Below, in pieces: positions 37,712 through 47,547 of a DNA stretch of 64,000 bases (positions within the stretch are counted from its first letter, which is position 1; every line of letters starts with the position of its first letter). This DNA comes from Paracoccaceae bacterium (GTDB lineage: Bacteria; Pseudomonadota; Alphaproteobacteria; Rhodobacterales; Rhodobacteraceae), in contig CBDDII010000003.1 of assembly GCA_965228905.1 (NCBI GenBank), positions 2,431,594 to 2,495,593 on the forward strand. Direction: 5' to 3'. The notes beneath the pieces are model-generated. The model made no database searches. It had not been told where the DNA came from and worked only from the letters and a program-made list of their open reading frames with translations. A program made the position numbers and the translations under genes.

Positions 37712-38794
37712 TTAACCCTTGATCCGGTCGCGCTGCGCGGTGAAAGCACCGTCAGAGGCTGCGATCCAGCCCGACGACGCCTTGATCGACGCATCATAGC
37801 TTTCGCGGATACGGACATAGAGCTCGTCTTCCATGAACTCGTCCAGTGCAGCTGCCGAAGCGGCGCCGAAGGCATCCCAGACATCATCCGGGAAGGTCAT
37901 GATCTTGGTGCCACCAGACTGCAAACGGGCAAGTGCCGCTCCGTTGTTGGCCAGCGACTGCGACAGGTTCCAGTGGTGCGTTGCCATGGCGGCGTGTTCG
38001 ACGATGGATTGCTGGCTGGCCGACAGTTCGTTCCAGACATCAAGGTTGAACGCCGCAGTCAGCGCCGAACCCGGCTCGTGGAAACCACCGGTGTAGTAGA
38101 ATTCGCAGACTTCCTGCAGGCCCAGACGTTCATCGGCAAGCGGCCCGATCCACTCGGCACCGTCGATGGCACCCGAGGACAGCGCCTGGTAGATTTCGCC
38201 ACCCGGCACGTTCTGGATAGATGCACCGGCCAGACCAAGGGCTTTACCACCAATACCAGGCATACGGAACTTCAGACCTTCAAGGTCAGCCGCCGAATTG
38301 ATTTCCTTGCGGAACCAGCCACCGGGCTGCGCTGCGGTGTTGCCTGCTGGGAAAGACTTCAGACCGAAGATCTCGCCCAGTTCGTCATAAAGCGCCTTGC
38401 CGCCAGCGTGTTGATACCAGTTGATGTATTCCTGCGCCGTGGCACCGAACGGCACCGAAGTGAAGAAGTAGTAACCTGGATGCTGGCCACCGAAGTAGTA
38501 GTCTGCCGAGTGGTAGACATCGGCTTGACCGGCGGTAACCGCGTCAAACACCTCGAAGGCACCCACAAGCGTACCGGCGGGCTTCTTGTCGATGGTCAGT
38601 GCACCATCGGTCATGGCAGTCACGGCATCTGCAAAGTACTGTGCAGCGTCATCAAAGACGGCAAATCCCTCGGGAACCGAGGTCACCATCGTCAGCGTGC
38701 GATTGCCCTGAGCATAGGCCGGGGCGGCAAGCGTGGTTGCAGCAGCAGCGGCGGTGCCGCCAAGTGCCGAGTTTTTCAGGAAAGAACGACGATC
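37712..38794 (-). CDS. dctP: TRAP transporter substrate-binding protein (DctP family) with a Tat signal
   Basis: The twin-arginine motif MDRRSFLKNSALG and the DctP family fold. The start is the internal ATG of the longer track ORF. Confidence 0.8.
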   Translation of the reverse strand, partial: DRRSFLKNSALGGTAAAAATTLAAPAYAQGNRTLTMVTSVPEGFAVFDDAAQYFADAVTAMTDGALTIDKKPAGTLVGAFEVFDAVTAGQADVYHSADYYFGGQHPGYYFFTSVPFGATAQEYINWYQHAGGKALYDELGEIFGLKSFPAGNTAAQPGGWFRKEINSAADLEGLKFRMPGIGGKALGLAGASIQNVPGGEIYQALSSGAIDGAEWIGPLADERLGLQEVCEFYYTGGFHEPGSALTAAFNLDVWNELSASQQSIVEHAAMATHHWNLSQSLANNGAALARLQSGGTKIMTFPDDVWDAFGAASAAALDEFMEDELYVRIRESYDASIKASSGWIAASDGAFTAQRDRIKG

Positions 38795-39044
38795 CATGTA
38801 GGTATATCCTCCCGTGATATGATGCCCACCCTTTGGCGGGCGGATCGTTACAAGTGACGGGAAAATAGCGGCTTTTCCGAAAGGCGCAAGACAAAGCGAC
38901 CCTTGTGCGGCCAAGTTAACGCCCTCACCCTACGTCATGACCGGAAGTTGCGCAGATTGCCCATTTTACGCAAGAAACTGAATTTTGGCTGTTGACCCTC
39001 TATCATTCGCTGATACTGTCCCCTGCATCGTGAAAGGGTCTCTG

Positions 39045-39095
39045 ATGAGAAACGACATTGTCGTACTTGTAGGAAAATGGCGCATGGGCCGGTAA
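39045..39095 (+). CDS. ivbL: ilv leader peptide MRNDIVVLVGKWRMGR (16 aa, branched-chain-rich)
   Basis: Five of eight consecutive codons are Ile/Val/Leu/Val/Val. It lies 26 nt upstream of a factor-independent terminator and 78 nt upstream of ilvB. Alternative pairing CGCAUGGG/CCCAUGCG could form an antiterminator. Confidence 0.5.
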   Translation: MRNDIVVLVGKWRMGR

Positions 39096-39121
39096 CGGAC
39101 TTCCATAACGGATACCCATGC

Positions 39122-39148
39122 GCCCCCGAAAATCGGGGGCTTTTTTAT
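39122..39148 (+). terminator. Attenuator terminator of the ilvBN leader (GCCCCCG-aaaau-CGGGGGC followed by UUUUUUAU)
   Basis: A perfect 7-bp GC stem with a U-tract, 25 nt before the ilvB start codon. Confidence 0.6.
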
Positions 39149-39172
39149 GCGCACAACAAAGGAACAGGCGCG

Positions 39173-40933
39173 ATGACAACAGATCAGATGACCGGCGCGA
39201 AAATGGTCGTGGAAGCCTTGAAGGATCAGGGCGTGGAAGTGGTGTTCGGATACCCCGGCGGAGCCGTCCTTCCGATCTATGACGAAATTTTCCAGCAGAA
39301 TCAGATCCGTCACGTCCTTGTCCGTCACGAACAGGGCGCGGTCCATGCCGCCGAAGGCTATGCCCGCTCCACCGGCAAACCCGGTGTCTGCCTTGTCACC
39401 TCGGGCCCCGGTGCGACCAACGCGGTCACCGGCCTGACAGATGCCCTGATGGATTCGATCCCGATCGTCGTTCTGACCGGCCAGGTTCCCACCTTCATGA
39501 TCGGCAACGACGCCTTTCAGGAGGCCGACACCGTCGGCATCACGCGGCCCTGCACCAAGCATAACTGGCTGGTGAAGGAAACCGACAACCTTGCCAGCAC
39601 GATTCACGAAGCGTTTCACGTTGCCACCGCCGGCCGCCCCGGCCCCGTGCTGGTCGACATCCCGAAGGACGTGCAATTCGCCAGTGGCACCTACGTCGCC
39701 CCGGCAGAGGTCAAGTCGCACTACAACCCGCCCACGAAAGGCGACGCCGCTGTGATCGAGGCGCTTGTCGAAGCGATGGAAGTGGCCGAACGCCCGGTGT
39801 TCTATACCGGCGGCGGCGTGATCAACTCGGGCGACCGCGCCTCGGAACTGTTGCGCCAACTGGTCGACATGACCGGCTTTCCCATAACCTCCACCCTGAT
39901 GGGCCTCGGTTCCTATCCGGCCAATGGCAAGAACTGGCTGGGGATGCTTGGGATGCACGGGCTGTACGAGGCCAACCTCGCCATGCACGGCTGCGATCTG
40001 ATGATCAACGTCGGCGCGCGCTTTGACGACCGGATCACAGGCCGGGTGCAGGATTTCAGCCCCGGTTCGATCAAGGCCCATATCGACATCGACCCCTCGT
40101 CGATCAACAAGGTGATCCACGTCGAACTGCCGATCATCGGCGATTGTGGCTCGGTTCTGGAAGACATCCTGAAGCTCTGGAAATCGCGTGGAGCCAAGAC
40201 CGATGCCCCCGCCGTCCAGAAGTGGTGGGACCAGATCAACGAATGGCGCAAGGTGGATTGCCTGAAGTTCAAGCAGGGACCGAAGACGATCAAGCCGCAG
40301 CACGCGCTGGTCCGCCTTGAAGAACTGACCAAGGACCACCCGGACCGCTATATCTGTACCGAGGTCGGCCAGCACCAGATGTGGGCCGCGCAATACCTGC
40401 ACTTCAACGAACCGAACCGTTGGATGACCTCGGGCGGGCTTGGCACCATGGGCTATGGTTTCCCGTCGTCCGTCGGTGTGCAGATGGCGCATCCCGATGC
40501 ACTGGTCATCAACGTCGCCGGCGAAGCGTCATGGCTGATGAACATGCAGGAAATGGGCACGGCGGTTCAGTTCAACCTGCCGGTCAAGCAATTCATCCTG
40601 AACAACGAACGTCTTGGCATGGTCCGCCAGTGGCAGGAGTTGCTCCACGGCGAACGCTATTCCCATTCCTGGAGCGAAGCGCTGCCTGATTTCGTCAAAC
40701 TGGCCGAGGCCTTCGGCGCCAAAGGCATCCTGATCGAACACCCCGACGACCTGGCCGAAGGCATCAAGGAGATGCTCGCCCACGACGGCCCGGTGATCGT
40801 GGATTGCCTGGTTGAAAAGCACGAAAACTGCTTCCCTATGATCCCGTCGGGCGAACCGCACAACAAGATGATCCTGGGCGAAAACGTGGATACGCAAAAC
40901 GCCATCAAGGAAGGCGGCGGGGTCTTAGTGTGA
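39173..40933 (+). CDS. ilvB: Acetolactate synthase large subunit (biosynthetic, ThDP-dependent)
   Basis: ThDP motifs (GGGAV…, GLGTMGYGFPSS…). The start is the internal ATG of track ORF 39077..40933, downstream of the attenuator. Confidence 0.85.
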   Translation: MTTDQMTGAKMVVEALKDQGVEVVFGYPGGAVLPIYDEIFQQNQIRHVLVRHEQGAVHAAEGYARSTGKPGVCLVTSGPGATNAVTGLTDALMDSIPIVVLTGQVPTFMIGNDAFQEADTVGITRPCTKHNWLVKETDNLASTIHEAFHVATAGRPGPVLVDIPKDVQFASGTYVAPAEVKSHYNPPTKGDAAVIEALVEAMEVAERPVFYTGGGVINSGDRASELLRQLVDMTGFPITSTLMGLGSYPANGKNWLGMLGMHGLYEANLAMHGCDLMINVGARFDDRITGRVQDFSPGSIKAHIDIDPSSINKVIHVELPIIGDCGSVLEDILKLWKSRGAKTDAPAVQKWWDQINEWRKVDCLKFKQGPKTIKPQHALVRLEELTKDHPDRYICTEVGQHQMWAAQYLHFNEPNRWMTSGGLGTMGYGFPSSVGVQMAHPDALVINVAGEASWLMNMQEMGTAVQFNLPVKQFILNNERLGMVRQWQELLHGERYSHSWSEALPDFVKLAEAFGAKGILIEHPDDLAEGIKEMLAHDGPVIVDCLVEKHENCFPMIPSGEPHNKMILGENVDTQNAIKEGGGVLV

Positions 40934-41015
40934 AAACACTCGCACGGTGATTGTCCCGCTGGTCAATCACCGTTTCGCACCCCATCCCCCTCGCATCACG
41001 GAACGGAGTCCCAAA

Positions 41016-41585
41016 ATGTCTGCCCTAAAAATCAAACAAGGCTCGTCCAGCCATTCCGCCTATGACCTGCGTGATTATCACGAGGAAACGATCGAGCGAC
41101 ACACGCTGGCGGTGATCGTCGACAACGAGGCAGGCGTCCTCGCCCGCGTGATTGGTTTGTTCTCGGGGCGTGGCTACAACATCGAAAGCCTGACCGTCGC
41201 CGAGATCGACCACACCGGCCATCGGAGCCGGATCACCGTGGTCACCACAGGGACCCCAAGCGTGATCGAACAGATCAAAGCCCAGCTTGGCCGGATCGTC
41301 CCGGTTCACGAGGTGCACGACCTGACGACCGAAGGCCCGAGCGTGGAACGCGAGTTGGCGCTGTTCAAGGTTTCGGGCAAGGGCGATGCGCGGGTCGAGG
41401 CGCTGCGCCTTGCCGACATCTTCCGCGCCAACGTGGTCGATTCGACGCTAGACAGTTTCACCTTCGAAGTCACGGGAACGCCGGAAAAGATCGACGCTTT
41501 CGCCGATCTGACGCGCCCGCTTGGCCTGACCGAGCTTGCCCGGACCGGCGTCGTGGCCCTGTCGCGGGCAGGGGCGAAACCTTAA
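41016..41585 (+). CDS. ilvN: Acetolactate synthase small (regulatory) subunit
   Basis: An ACT-domain N-terminus (HTLAVIVDNEAGVLARVIGLFSGRGYNIESLTV). Confidence 0.85.
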   Translation: MSALKIKQGSSSHSAYDLRDYHEETIERHTLAVIVDNEAGVLARVIGLFSGRGYNIESLTVAEIDHTGHRSRITVVTTGTPSVIEQIKAQLGRIVPVHEVHDLTTEGPSVERELALFKVSGKGDARVEALRLADIFRANVVDSTLDSFTFEVTGTPEKIDAFADLTRPLGLTELARTGVVALSRAGAKP

Positions 41586-41674
41586 GCGCCTGCCCCACAG
41601 GTATTGTGCGATAACGCGCATTTACCCCGGAATTCCGGATGTTATCTTTGTGGAAACACACAAAGGAGCCTGCC

Positions 41675-42580
41675 ATGACATTCCGTCCCGTGCGATCCAC
41701 CACCGAAGCCAAGCCCACGCTGGAAGGCGCAGGCGTCCACCTGCACCGCGTCTTCGGCTTCGGCGATCCGACCGAAAGCGATCCTTTCCTTCTACTTGAC
41801 GATTTCCGCAACGACGATCCCGAGAAATACCTGAAAGGCTTTCCCTGGCATCCGCACCGGGGGATCGAAACGATCACCTATGTGCTGGAAGGCGAGGTCA
41901 CCCACGGCGATTCCCTTGGCAACGAAGGCACCCTGGGGGCTGGCGCGGTGCAATGGATGACGGCAGGGTCCGGCATCATGCACCAGGAAATGCCACGCGG
42001 GAACGCGAAGGGCCAGATGCACGGGTTTCAGCTTTGGGCCAACCTGCCCTCTTCCCTGAAAATGACCGCGCCGCGATACCAGGACATCCAAGGCAGCGAT
42101 ATCCCCGAGATCATCGACGACGACGGCACGCGCGTGCGCATCATCACCGGCAACTTCTGGGGCAAGTCCGGCCCCGTCGACGGCATCGCCGCCGAGCCGA
42201 TGTATATCGACGTCTCAGTCTCGCCGGGCGTGAAAAAGACATTGCCCGTCGATGCTTACGCCAATGCCTTCGCCTATGTCTTTGCCGGGTCCGGCTCGTT
42301 CCGCGATGCATCTCAGCCAACCGGCGTGCGGGTCGAAAAGGAATTTCAGGGCGAAGAGCTGAACATCCGCGACATGACCGGCAATCGCACGCTGGTCCGC
42401 TTTGACACGGGCGACGATGTGACGGTGCAGGCGGGGCCGGAAGGCATCCGGTTCCTTCTGATCTCGGGCCGCCCCTTGCAGGAACCCGTCGCCTGGCACG
42501 GGCCGATCGTGATGAACACGCGCGCCGAACTTATGCAGGCGATGCAGGACCTCAGGAACGACACCTTCATCAAGGCATAG
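41675..42580 (+). CDS. Pirin-family cupin protein
   Basis: The HPHRGIETITYVLEG and GSGIMHQE motifs. Confidence 0.8.
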   Translation: MTFRPVRSTTEAKPTLEGAGVHLHRVFGFGDPTESDPFLLLDDFRNDDPEKYLKGFPWHPHRGIETITYVLEGEVTHGDSLGNEGTLGAGAVQWMTAGSGIMHQEMPRGNAKGQMHGFQLWANLPSSLKMTAPRYQDIQGSDIPEIIDDDGTRVRIITGNFWGKSGPVDGIAAEPMYIDVSVSPGVKKTLPVDAYANAFAYVFAGSGSFRDASQPTGVRVEKEFQGEELNIRDMTGNRTLVRFDTGDDVTVQAGPEGIRFLLISGRPLQEPVAWHGPIVMNTRAELMQAMQDLRNDTFIKA

Positions 42581-42626
42581 GCTGACAAATAAAATGGGCG
42601 TCCCAAAGGAGGCCCAGTTTCGCTTG
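42580..42626. repeat. Copy 1 of a roughly 47-bp hairpin repeat (GGCTGACAAATAAAATGGGCgTCCcAAAGGAGGCCCAGTTTCGCTTG), terminator-like
   Basis: A direct repeat of the 42707..42759 element. The inner stem GGGCGUCC/GGAGGCCC has one mismatch. Confidence 0.5.
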
Positions 42627-42706
42627 GGTGAGGCCGCCCGGAAAGGCGTCCGGTGGACGGCTTTCAGGCCGAACCACCCGTGGGCGCAAGCCAAGGGCTG
42701 GCGACA

Positions 42707-42759
42707 GCCTGACAAATAAAATGGGCCTCCCGAAGGAGGCCCAGTTTCGCTTGTCAGGC
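42707..42759. repeat. Copy 2 of the hairpin repeat: outer stem GCCTGACAA/TTGTCAGGC enclosing a perfect GGGCCTCC-CGAA-GGAGGCCC hairpin
   Basis: A nested inverted repeat. It lies in the roughly 430-bp gap between the convergent pirin and nrdJ 3' ends, and is probably a bidirectional terminator or small repeat element. Confidence 0.5.
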
Positions 42760-43007
42760 TCACTCTTTTGTACCGCCCGGTTTCTGCCTGCGGCCTGACC
42801 CGCGTTCAGGGTGAGCGCACCCACCCCGGATTCCGAAGGGCCACGGGACGTGGGCCCTAGGGGCGAAGATGTGCCATTGCAGCAGCAACAACGGAGCTTC
42901 GCATCTCCACCCGGAAGCCTGGAGAGGGCTTCCTTAAAGGACCGGACGGCAGTGGACCGCCCGGCCCTGTTCACCGGCGGGATCCCGAGGAACCCCACCA
43001 GAATTCA

Positions 43008-46000
43008 TCAGCTACACCCCGACGTTCCGCCACAGGTGTTGCACTTCATGCAGGTCCCGTTCCGGACCAGCGTGTAGTTCCCGCAGTCGCCGCAGGGATC
43101 GCCCTCGTAGCCCTGCATCTTGGCCTTGGTGCGTTCGTCCATGCCGACGGCCCCGGTTCCAAGCGCGGTTTCGGCGACCGTGGCCGTTCCCACCTCTGGC
43201 ACCAGCGTCTGCAAGGCCACCGCCGGGTCGCCGGCATCGGCCAGCGCCGTGGCGCCCGCTCCGCCATCGACAAGGATCAGTTCCTGCGGAACCCGACCGC
43301 GCGTGTAGCCCGCCGAGACGACTTTTTTCAGCACCTCGAACTGGCTGGACCCGCTTGCCCCCGGCACCTCCGAGAAGTTGCGCTTGCCCTCGTCTTCGCC
43401 CCGGCCCATCTCGTCGAAGGTCATGCCGTCGGGCTTGACGTGCGCCAGATCGGTGCGGTCGAGGTAGGACACGGCCAATTCGCGGAAGATGTAGTCGAGG
43501 ATCGAGGTGGCGTTCTTGATCGAGTCGTTGCCCTGCACCATGCCTGCCGGTTCGAACCGGGTGAAGGTGAAGGCGTCCACGAATTCCTCAAGCGGAACCC
43601 CGTATTGCAGACCGACCGAGACCGCGATGGCGAAGTTGTTCATCATCGCCCGGAAGCCAGCGCCTTCCTTGTGCATGTCGATGAAGATCTCGCCCAGGGA
43701 TCCGTCCGAGTATTCGCCCGTGCGCAGATACACCTTGTGCCCGCCCACGATGGCCTTTTGCGTGTAACCCCGACGCCGTTCGGGCATCTTTTCGCGGCCC
43801 TTGGCGATTTCCTTGACGATGACCTTTTCGATCACCTTCTCGGCCAGCACGGCGGCCTTTTCCTGCGGCGTACCGCTTTCCAGGACCTCGGCGGCCTCGT
43901 CGTCATCTTCCACCAGCGCGGCGGCCAGCGGTTGCGAGAGTTTCGAGCCATCGCGGTAAAGCGCGTTGGCCTTCACCCCAAGCGACCAGGACAGTTCATA
44001 GGCTTCCTTGCAATCCTCGATGGTGGCGTCGTTGGGCATATTGATCGTTTTACTGATCGCGCCCGAGATGAACGACTGCGCGGCGGCCATCATGGTGATA
44101 TGGCTTTCGACCGAAAGGAACCGCTTGCCCTTCTTGCCGCAGGGGTTGGCACAATCGAAGATGTGATAGTGCTTTTCCTTCAGGTGCGGCGCGCCTTCCA
44201 GCGTCATCGTCCCGCAGACATGGTCGTTGGCGGCTTCGATGTCCTTGCGGCTGAACCCGAGGCTTTTCAACAGGTCGAAAGACGGATCGTTCAGCTTTTC
44301 GGCCGGAATGCCAAGCGTCTGCGTGCAGAACTCTTCGCCAAGCGTCCACTGATTGAAGACGAACCGGATGTCGAAGGCGCTCGGAAGTGCCGCTTCGATC
44401 TTGTCCAGTTCCGCCTGACCAAAGCCGTGGCCGATCAGCGAAGTATGGTTGATCCCCGGCGCGTTGCCGATGGTGCCGTGGCCGACGGCGTAGGACACGA
44501 TCTCTTCGATTTCGGCAGAGCCATAGCCAAGGGTTTCCAGCGCCGAAGGCACCGAACGGTTGATGATCTTGAAGTAACCGCCACCGGCCAGCTTCTTGAA
44601 CTTCACCAGTGCAAAGTCCGGCTCAATGCCCGTGGTGTCACAATCCATCACCAGGCCGATGGTGCCCGTCGGCGCGATCACGGTGGCTTGCGCGTTCCGA
44701 TACCCGTGCTTTTCGCCCAGTTTCAGCGCCTCGTCCCAAGATTTCCTGGCCAGTGTCACCAGTTTCTTGTCGGGGCAGTTGGCGTGATCCAGCGCGACGG
44801 GGTTCACGTTCATCGCCTCGTAACCGTCCGTCTTGCCATGGGCGGCGTTGCGGTGGTTGCGGATGACGCGCAGCATGTGCTTGGCGTTGGCCTCATATTT
44901 CGAGAAAGGCCCAAGCTCCTTGGCGATCTCGGCGCTGGTGGCATAGGCCACACCGGTCATGATCGCGGTCAGAGCACCGGCAAGGGCGCGGCCCTCGTCG
45001 CTGTCGTAACCCAGGCCCATGTTCATCAGAAGGCCGCCGATGTTGGCATAGCCCAGACCCAAGGTGCGGAAGTCGTAGCTGAGTTGCGCGATTTCCTTCG
45101 ACGGGAACTGCGCCATCATCACGCTGATTTCCAGCGTCAGCGTCCAAAGGCGCGTGGCGTGCATGTAATCTTCGGCCTGGAACGTGCCACCTTCATAGAA
45201 GGTCAGCAGGTTCATCGAGGCAAGGTTGCAGGCCGTGTCGTCGAGGAACATGTATTCAGAGCACGGGTTCGATCCCCGGATCTCGCCATCTTCCGGGCAG
45301 GTGTGCCAGGCGTTGACCGTGTCGTGGTACTGGATGCCGGGATCGGCGCAGGCCCAAGCCGCGTGACCGACCTGTTCCCAGAGATCACGCGCCTTGATCA
45401 CCTTGGACACACCACCGTCCTTGCGATTGATCAGTTCCCAGTCCGCATCGTCTTTCACGGCCTGAAGGAAGGCATCGGTCACCCGGATCGAGTTGTTTGA
45501 GTTCTGCCCGGAAACGCTTGAATAGGCTTCGGAATCCCAATCCGTATCATAGGTCGGAAACTCGATGCTGTCATAGCCTTGCTTGGCATAGTCCAGCACG
45601 CGCTTGACATAGGTCTCCGGGATCGCCGCTTTCTTGGCCGACCGGATCGCCGTCTTCAGGGACGGGTTCTGGGAAGGGTCGAATGCAGCCTCTTCTTCCC
45701 CATCCCATGACTTGATCGCCGCGAAGATGCCGTTGAGTCCCCTCTCGTGCATCTTCGAGCCGGCCACGATCGACGCCACTTTCTGCTCTTCAATGACTTT
45801 CCAATTAATGAAGTCCTCGATGTCAGGGTGATCCGCGTCAACAATCACCATCTTGGCTGCTCGACGGGTTGTCCCGCCCGATTTGATCGCGCCGGCCGCG
45901 CGATCGCCGATCTTCAGGAACCCCATCAGACCGGAAGACTTGCCACCGCCCGACAGGCTTTCGCCTTCGCCGCGCAGGTGAGAGAAATTCGTGCCCGTAC

Positions 46001-46688
46001 CCGAGCCGTACTTGAACAGACGCGCCTCGCGCACCCAAAGGTCCATGATGCCGCCGTCATTCACCAGATCGTCGGCACAGGACTGGATGAAACAGGCGTG
46101 GGGCTGAGGATGCTCATAGGCGCTGTCGGACTTCACCAGCTTGCCCGACTTGTAGTCCACGTAGTGGTGGCCCTGGGACGGCCCGTCGATGCCATAGGCC
46201 CAGTGCAGGCCGGTGTTGAACCACTGGGGCGAGTTCGGCGCGGCGCGTTGCGTCGCCAGCATGTAGCGCATCTCGTCGAAATAGGCGCGGGCGTCTTCCT
46301 CGGTCGAGAAGTAGCCGCCCTTCCAGCCCCAGTAGCACCAGGCCCCGGCCAGACGATCAAAAACCTGCGTGGCTTCGGTTTCGCCTCCAAAACGTTTCGC
46401 TTCCGGCAGCTCTTCCAGTGCCTTGTCATCTGCCACGGCCCGCCACAGGAACGAAGGCACGCCTTTTTCCTTAACTTTCTTCAAACGCGCGGGCACACCG
46501 GCCTTGCGGAAATACTTCTGTGCGATGACGTCGGAGGCCACCTGGCTCCACTCGGACGGGACTTCCACGTCGTCCAGCTTGAACACGACAGTACCATCCG
46601 GATTCCGGATCTCCGAAGACGTGGTGGTGAACTCGACAGATGCGTAAGCGTCTTTTCCTGCCTCGGTAAAGATGCGTTCGATTTTCAT
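43008..46688 (-). CDS. nrdJ: Class II (adenosylcobalamin-dependent) ribonucleotide reductase, monomeric long form
   Basis: RNR PFL-like domain motifs and a C-terminal Cys-rich tail ([22 protein letters not shown]). The start is chosen at MKIERIF. The track ORF extends to 46889 through a probable 5' UTR. Confidence 0.85.
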   Translation of the reverse strand: MKIERIFTEAGKDAYASVEFTTTSSEIRNPDGTVVFKLDDVEVPSEWSQVASDVIAQKYFRKAGVPARLKKVKEKGVPSFLWRAVADDKALEELPEAKRFGGETEATQVFDRLAGAWCYWGWKGGYFSTEEDARAYFDEMRYMLATQRAAPNSPQWFNTGLHWAYGIDGPSQGHHYVDYKSGKLVKSDSAYEHPQPHACFIQSCADDLVNDGGIMDLWVREARLFKYGSGTGTNFSHLRGEGESLSGGGKSSGLMGFLKIGDRAAGAIKSGGTTRRAAKMVIVDADHPDIEDFINWKVIEEQKVASIVAGSKMHERGLNGIFAAIKSWDGEEEAAFDPSQNPSLKTAIRSAKKAAIPETYVKRVLDYAKQGYDSIEFPTYDTDWDSEAYSSVSGQNSNNSIRVTDAFLQAVKDDADWELINRKDGGVSKVIKARDLWEQVGHAAWACADPGIQYHDTVNAWHTCPEDGEIRGSNPCSEYMFLDDTACNLASMNLLTFYEGGTFQAEDYMHATRLWTLTLEISVMMAQFPSKEIAQLSYDFRTLGLGYANIGGLLMNMGLGYDSDEGRALAGALTAIMTGVAYATSAEIAKELGPFSKYEANAKHMLRVIRNHRNAAHGKTDGYEAMNVNPVALDHANCPDKKLVTLARKSWDEALKLGEKHGYRNAQATVIAPTGTIGLVMDCDTTGIEPDFALVKFKKLAGGGYFKIINRSVPSALETLGYGSAEIEEIVSYAVGHGTIGNAPGINHTSLIGHGFGQAELDKIEAALPSAFDIRFVFNQWTLGEEFCTQTLGIPAEKLNDPSFDLLKSLGFSRKDIEAANDHVCGTMTLEGAPHLKEKHYHIFDCANPCGKKGKRFLSVESHITMMAAAQSFISGAISKTINMPNDATIEDCKEAYELSWSLGVKANALYRDGSKLSQPLAAALVEDDDEAAEVLESGTPQEKAAVLAEKVIEKVIVKEIAKGREKMPERRRGYTQKAIVGGHKVYLRTGEYSDGSLGEIFIDMHKEGAGFRAMMNNFAIAVSVGLQYGVPLEEFVDAFTFTRFEPAGMVQGNDSIKNATSILDYIFRELAVSYLDRTDLAHVKPDGMTFDEMGRGEDEGKRNFSEVPGASGSSQFEVLKKVVSAGYTRGRVPQELILVDGGAGATALADAGDPAVALQTLVPEVGTATVAETALGTGAVGMDERTKAKMQGYEGDPCGDCGNYTLVRNGTCMKCNTCGGTSGCS

Positions 46689-46813
46689 TTTGCCCCAAAT
46701 CCCGCTTGTTGAAATCAGCCCTGTTTTTCGATCAGGGTCCGATATGACCGTTCTGGTGTGGCCCGATTGATCGGACCGGTTCAAACTGGCGGAAGACAAC
46801 AGAGAGCCGACCT

Positions 46814-46829
46814 CGCACAATGCTGTGCG
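46814..46829. promoter_or_regulatory. Candidate NrdR box 2 (CGCACAATGCTGTGCG) upstream of nrdJ
   Basis: An imperfect palindrome with the CACAA…TGTG core of NrdR boxes. No nrdR gene is present in the window. Confidence 0.3.
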
Positions 46830-46891
46830 AGCGCAAATCCTCGTTCCTGGAAATAGGATCGTGGTGGTTTGGTTTAGCGTCCCTGCCAATC

Positions 46892-46909
46892 ACCACAACA
46901 TCTTGTGGT
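46892..46909. promoter_or_regulatory. Candidate NrdR box 1 (ACCACAAcatcTTGTGGT) upstream of nrdJ
   Basis: A perfect 7-bp inverted repeat with the ACAA-N-TTGT core, about 200 bp upstream of the chosen nrdJ start. Confidence 0.35.
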
Positions 46910-47269
46910 CTCCCGACCGGCCCGCACAACCTGCGGCAATTGTAACGGATTCGTCAACAGCGATTTTTAAGAAAATTCAGTTGACGGGCAGACCGGTTTT
47001 TGCACCCGATTCCTAACCCGGCGTTAACCTTGCCTTAACCCTTTGAAACACCCGCCAAGGTTCAACACCTTAGCCCGTATTCTTGCCCCGATACTCTAAG
47101 TTTCGAGGTCGGGAATGTGCCTGGGATCGTCGCGACAAAAATGCCCCGTTCTGCCCGTAACGCTGAGTTTCGCCGACGCTTTGAGTGGTGACGCGCCCGG
47201 TCCGACACACCATATCTAGCGCCCGATCGCCGCTCGGCGAGCGAAAACATCATTCAGTAGGAGGAAAAG

Positions 47270-47346
47270 TGGTCGGGGCGGCGAGATTCGAACTCACGAC
47301 CCCCTGTACCCAAAACAGGTGCGCTACCAGACTGCGCCACGCCCCG
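47270..47346 (-). tRNA. tRNA-Pro (anticodon UGG), CCA encoded
   Basis: A hand-folded cloverleaf: acceptor stem CGGGGCG/CGCCCCG, anticodon loop UUUGGGU, T-arm GUGAG-UUCGAAU-CUCGC. Confidence 0.85.
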
Positions 47347-47511
47347 ACACGACGGACCTCTTAGCGGGAATGAATGCAGGGCGCAAACCTCTTCGTAATG
47401 CCCCCGCGAAAAATCGTGGCAGTGACGCGATCCCCCCCGATATACTGCGACGACCACCATCCCGGCAAAGCACTTGATTATTTTGTCGTCTTGGCCCAAA
47501 GAACATCAAAG

Positions 47512-47530
47512 TGGTAATATTTTTTTACCA
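47512..47530. promoter_or_regulatory. Palindrome TGGTAA-N7-TTACCA immediately upstream of lldD (GntR/FadR-type TGGT…ACCA operator-like)
   Basis: An inverted repeat in an AT-rich tract 18 bp before the lldD start codon. LldR/PdhR-type operators share the TGGT/ACCA half-sites, but the spacer here is longer. Confidence 0.3.
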
Positions 47531-47547
47531 ATATGAAGGAGAACACA

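Noticed and set aside
43440-45500. A 686-aa plus-strand ORF (and several others) antisense to nrdJ
   Set aside because: It lies entirely within nrdJ on the opposite strand, with low-complexity Arg/Gly/Val-rich translation. This is a typical high-GC antisense artefact.
43008-46688. Intein within the 1226-aa NrdJ
   Set aside because: The length is normal for alphaproteobacterial monomeric NrdJ, and no intein block motifs or HNH/LAGLIDADG insert were seen.
46689-46889. Cobalamin riboswitch in the nrdJ leader
   Set aside because: There is no B12 box (GCCACUG) or other conserved riboswitch core. The palindromes fit NrdR boxes better.
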